Notes under the pieces: model-generated
What the model was told of the DNA's origin: nothing
Databases searched by the model: none
The model's input: only the letters and a program-made list of their open reading frames with translations
In this document: positions 59,187-64,000 of the stretch, one piece after another
Numbering within the stretch: the stretch's first letter is position 1
How the letters are laid out: the number at the start of each line of letters is the position of its first letter
DNA from: Dictyostelium discoideum
Lineage: Eukaryota
Length of the DNA: 64,000 nucleotides
Direction: 5' to 3'
Assembly (NCBI GenBank): GCA_000004695.1
Contig: CM000153.2
Coordinates: forward strand, 960,001 to 1,024,000
Position numbers and translations under genes: made by a program

Positions 59187-59789
59187 TGTAAGGTAAGGTG
59201 GATTCATTGTATTTGGAATTAAACCCATATGTAATAAATTATCAAATATTGGTGATTCATTTGAAGAACATGGTTGAATTGAAGTATCCAATACTGATTC
59301 TAAAATTTTACAAATATTTAAAGTTTGATTGAATGTCATTGTTTTTATTGTTGAAAATTCATCCATTTGAATCTCTTTTGAACCATCTTTAAAATTTACT
59401 ACTATTCTAATTATTGGTTCAATTAAAGTTGGATATTTTGATGATGTTTTACTAAATTTACCTTTTAAATGATTATTATTAAAATAAACTATAATTGATT
59501 CAATATTATTATTATAATTATCATCATTAAATAAATTATTTTTAAAATTTGAAGTATGTTGATGTGATATTAAAAAATTATTAATTGAATTATCAGCACT
59601 ATTTGTTGTTGTAATATCGATTTTATCACTGTTAACATGATTTTTTAAATTTAATTTTTCATTCTCTTTTAAATCTTGTATAATTATAATATCATTTGAT
59701 TGATATGATTGATAATTTATATCTACAATTGCTGAAATAATTATTAAATTTATTATTATTAAAAATAATAATGATATTAATTTATTCAT
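58005..59789 (-). CDS. Type I membrane protein (signal peptide and C-terminal TM) with a PIG-X/PBN1-like domain in the C-terminal third
   Basis: 594 aa ORF with ATG start. The N-terminus 'MNKLISLLFLIIINLIIISAIV' is a signal peptide. The C-terminal 'FYTLLVTVIGSILVIITIFITHKKN' is a TM helix. The segment 'VLENLDQGIFVDRYEVDEIERFGGPKVVIYQLIDLEKP...LTLPIHLRYQNP' resembles the PIG-X family (VDPYEL...LE.P...LHLRY). This is recall-based and not searched. Confidence 0.4.
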
Positions 59790-60191
59790 TTTTTATAAAT
59801 AAATATTTTATATGTGAAATAAACAATGAAATTCATTTTTTTTTTTTTTTTTTTTTTTTTCCAAAAATTCATTTTTTTTTTTTTTTTTTTTTTTAAAATT
59901 TAAATTTTTTTTTCATTTTTTTTATTTTAAAACAGGTTATATTTAATCAATTATATTTAATTTTATTTATTTTTAATATGAATTTTGTATAAAAATAGAG
60001 TGAGCAATCAAAAATATAAAAAAAAAAATTTTATTGGAATTTAGAATTTGTTTTTATTCAGAAAAATATATTTTTTTTTTTTTTTTTTTTCATTTATTTA
60101 CTTATTTATTTACTTATTTATTTTATTTGTTTATTTTATATTTATATATATTTAAATATATTTTTTTTATTTTTTTTTATTTTTTTTTTTT

Positions 60192-62856
60192 TTATGTATC
60201 AAATAAAACTTCTTCTTCATTATGATAATAATTATTATTACTATTTATAATTGAATTATTATATTGTTGAGTAGCAGATTTATGTTTATAGTTTTTATTT
60301 TTAATGATTTCATTCATTCTTTTTAAGAATCTTTGTTTATAAGGTTCAGGTCTAGTTGCAGAGATACCATCACCATCCTTTCTAAATAAATAAACCTTTA
60401 AAAATCTTTCCAATTTCTTACTAAAATCATAAAGTTGAAGTATATCAATAACACCAATATAATAGATTTCTTTTTCATCTGCTGATATAATACCATTTGA
60501 AAAATCGAATGAATTTGAAATTAATGATGAATTTGTAAAACTACCTTTTAATAAACCACCACTACCATGTCCATTATTATTATTATTAAAATTACTACCA
60601 CTACTACCACTACCAATACCATTACTATTACTATTACTATTATTATTATTTAAATTTGAACCACTTAAAATATTATTAATATTACCACCAGATTCAATTA
60701 ATTTCTTTTTAAAATCATCATTATTTGGAATTACACCAATTAGTAAAGAATAATCCATAATATTTAAAGAGGTTAAGAAAGCAGAATCATTTTTTAATTG
60801 TTGAATGATTGAATGACTAAAACCATCTGGTAAATTTAAAAATTTTCTAAAGTTTACAAAATCTAAATCTAAACCTAATCCATCACCTTTGAACAAAGGA
60901 TCATTGCCACCTCTGTTAACTTTTGAACCTTTAAGATCATACCTTTCTCTAATCTTTATACCTTGTGGAATTGTACCAAATACATTGGACATGATAGCCA
61001 AATAGATAGTATGATCATTTGGCATTGAAATCTTATGACAACCATAGAACCTCAATAGGAATGAATGGTTGTTCTTTACGAGATAGTTGTAAAAATTGTT
61101 GATTTTCTTTTTCAATAATACCGATTCTTGACGAGTGATAGTTTTAATTAAAAATTTATTATCTGGTGAGAAACACATAAAACTTCCACTTTTACCCTCT
61201 GAGAATTTCTGATTCGATAAATTCTCAAAAAACAACGATGAATCAAATGATTTCAAATAATCTGATGGTGTTATATTATTTAATGCTCTAATCTTTGCAA
61301 ATATATTTGGACAATAATCTTTAAATTTATGACTACCCATATTTGTATCTGGTGAAATATCAAAAATATCTTTAAATAATTCTTTTTCTGTATAAACTTT
61401 AAATTGTTCATTTATATTATCAAAATTATCATTACTATTATTATTATTATTATTAATATTATTATTACTATTATAATTATGATTAATTGGTGTTGATGAA
61501 GATGATGGTGATGATGATGATAATGAGTCAAATGGTAAATGTTGATGAATATCACCACCAATATGAGATTGATTATTATTATTATTTAATGAGGAGGAAT
61601 TTGATAAATTTAAATTATCATTTACAGATAATGCAATACCACGTAATGAACATGTTAAAATATTATTACGTAACATTACGGCCAATTGAGTTGGATCTTG
61701 ATTTTCATCTTGAAGTGAACGAATTAGTGGTGTGTTTTCACCATCTTTAATGAATTTCTTTGAGAATGGTAAATATTTCATAATGTTACCAAGGAAACCT
61801 CTGAGAATTGAAGGATTTGTAATCCAAATGAGTGCATTCATAAAACCTTGAATCGATACACCAATTGCATCGAAAAACATTAACACACTCGCTTGGTTGG
61901 GTGCATCATGGTGGCCTGCGATCTGCGAGATTCTGTGTGCCAATGGGCCTGCCCAACAGAGGATAAACACCAATGTGTAGGTCGACATTCTCAATAACAT
62001 TCCAGTACGATTACGATCTGACCATGAGTTATTGGTGGTTGATGATGTTAGTGATTTATTTCTAGTGGAGATTGCTGCTATGATCAATGAGGAGATCGAG
62101 ATTGAAAAGTATGCTAAAAGTGGTATGAAAAACATCAATAGCAATGGCTTGTCCTCTGCCTTGATCCAACATGTGCCATCGCCACTTGGTCCTATGACAT
62201 CGTAATTCTTGAACAGTATCGCACTTGTCACTATCGAGTACGACCATATCCAACCATGATAAAACTTGGAATAGGTTGAACTATTCTCGAATGGTCTACT
62301 CGTGCTAATGATCAAATTCAACGATATCATACCACTCCATCCAATAGATGCCAATCCAAAGAATTGCTGTATACCTGCTTGTAAATAACATGCCACCCTT
62401 TTCGTTTGAAAACTGTCACTATGTGGTAACACTGCTGTCACCAAATACTTTAAACTAAACAACACATCACAAACTGATAAAAAAAAGATCATACGTGTTG
62501 GATGTTTCTTTAAATCTTTAATAGTAATAAATGTAATAATAACAAATAATGCTCCAATACATGATAATAATGCTAAAGATCCTGATACTCTATATAATGT
62601 CTAAATATATAAAATAAATATATAAAATAAATAAATAAATAAAAAAAAAGTAGGTTAAAAAATTTTTTTTTTTTTTTTTTTTTTTTACAAATGTGAGAAT
62701 TGTTGTGTGTAGATATAAATCGGTTTGACCTATTTTTTTTTTTTTTTTTTTATTATTATTATTAAAAAAATTACTTACATGAATTTCTGGACTTTCACTT
62801 GATCCACCATGAGAAGAATCAAATGCATCTAATGAAATTCTTCCAGCAAAAGACAT
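60192..62856 (-). CDS. rpkA: Receptor phosphatidylinositol-phosphate kinase: N-terminal 7TM GPCR domain fused to a C-terminal PIP5K catalytic domain (RpkA-like). 2 exons (62856-62779, 62600-60192).
   Basis: Exon 1 is 'MSFAGRISLDAFDSSHGGSSESPEIH' with a GTAAGT donor. The acceptor is 'atatatttag'. Exon 2 starts 'TLYRVSGSLALLSCIGALFVIITFI...' and has 7 hydrophobic helices. The PIPK core is 'SGSFMCFSPDNKFLIKTITRQE...MDYSLLIGV...YYIGVIDILQLYDFSKKLERFLK'. Confidence 0.75.
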
Positions 62857-63206
62857 TTTTTTAACTATTTTATCTATTTGACTTGAATGACCTTTTGATT
62901 GAAAAAATTTAGGGGAGATTTTTTTTTTTTTTTTATAAAAAAAGTTTTTTTATTTTTTTTTTTTATTATTATTTTTTTTTTTTTTTTACTTTTTTTTTTT
63001 TTTGGATATTTATTTATTTTTTTATTTAATCGAAAAAAATGGTGGCGTGAGGATTTTTTTTACTAGTAAAAGATAATTATTAATGACATATTTATTTTAG
63101 TAAAAATAATGATAAAAAAAAAAAAAAAAAAAAAATTTAACAATGGTTTTTTATTTTTTTTTTTTTTTTTTTATTTTTCAGAAAAAAATATACTAAATAA
63201 ATGAGT

Positions 63207-63250
<44 letters not shown>

Positions 63251-63672
63251 CGAAAATTCAAACATGATCAAAAAACTTTTTTCTTTAAGGACGTCATGGG
63301 TTAAACATTTGTTTTTTTACTTTTTTTATAAAATTAACAAAAAAAAATAAAAATAAAATAAGGCTGAAAATAAAAATAGAAAGGAATAGATTATATTATT
63401 TATTTTTTTTATTTTTCAAGTTCATTACAGGAAAAAAACAAAAAAAAAAAAAAAAACCTTTTAATTAAATATCATTAAAACCCCCAATCCCAGTATCAAT
63501 AGCAGGCTTTTTTTATATTTTTAGTTTTGGAAAAAAAAAAAAAAAAAAAATTTAAAAAATTTAAAATAGTAAACTTTAAATAGCCAAAATAAATTTTTTT
63601 AAAAAAAAATTACACCCTTTAGTTAATTCCCATAATAATAATAATAATACTTTACAAACTTTAAAAAAAAAA

Positions 63673-63713
<41 letters not shown>

Positions 63714-64000
63714 TTAAATATAAAATATCTTTAAAAAATATCTTTAAAAAAATATCTTTATAAAATATCTTTAAAAAATATATTTATTTTATTATTATTT
63801 TAAAATTTACTTTATGTTTTTTTTTGTATATTCTTTTTTTATAAATATTCAAATTTTTTAAAATAAATAATAATAATACATTTTTGGATATTTATAAAAA
63901 AAAAAAAAAAAAAATATATACTCATATAAATTATTTTAATTAGAAACTTTTGGAGTAAGAATTCTAAGTCTTATTCCTTTTTCATTTATTAAATTTATAA

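Overview
The window is nuclear DNA from a Dictyostelium-like social amoeba. It has about 22% GC intergenic sequence, short AT-rich GT..AG introns, poly-N/Q/T coding microsatellites and long homopolymer runs. No prokaryotic features (CRISPR, operons, RBS) apply. It is gene-dense, with about 25 protein-coding genes on both strands, most with 1-4 short introns. I reconstructed the exons by hand from the ORF track.

Confidently recognised genes:
- a TTC1-like TPR protein
- a Rab32-family GTPase
- proteasome beta-7 (psmB7)
- a large LIM-domain protein with His-rich repeats
- cohesin SA/Scc3 (STAG)
- an RNI-like LRR protein
- UTP23
- RBM39/CAPER (RD/RDY-rich N-terminus, 2 RRMs and a UHM)
- an RD/RDY-repeat acidic protein with a C-terminal SRI-like domain
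- a TKL kinase with extreme poly-N/Q
- IMP dehydrogenase
- an LMBR1-like membrane protein
- an OSBP-related protein
- an EAF-like S/N-rich protein
- a PIG-X-like membrane protein
- the GPCR-PIP kinase fusion (RpkA-like)

Observations most worth a second look:
- four members of the small Gly/Ser/Cys-rich hssA/2C/7E-type family: a head-to-head pair at 51.2-52.6 kb and a convergent pair at 29.6-30.7 kb, one member lacking a findable first exon
- a 1.4 kb element at 277-1657 bounded by ~85 bp imperfect terminal inverted repeats, a candidate non-autonomous DNA transposon
- a near-perfect ~85 bp palindrome at 45.47 kb
- GC-richer non-coding islands at 595-860 and 44.33-44.62 kb that may be ncRNA or TE remnants
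- a small Cys-rich ORF with an in-frame TAA followed by 45 open codons

All coordinates are hand-derived and may be off by a few nucleotides. Homology statements are from recalled protein families, not database searches.
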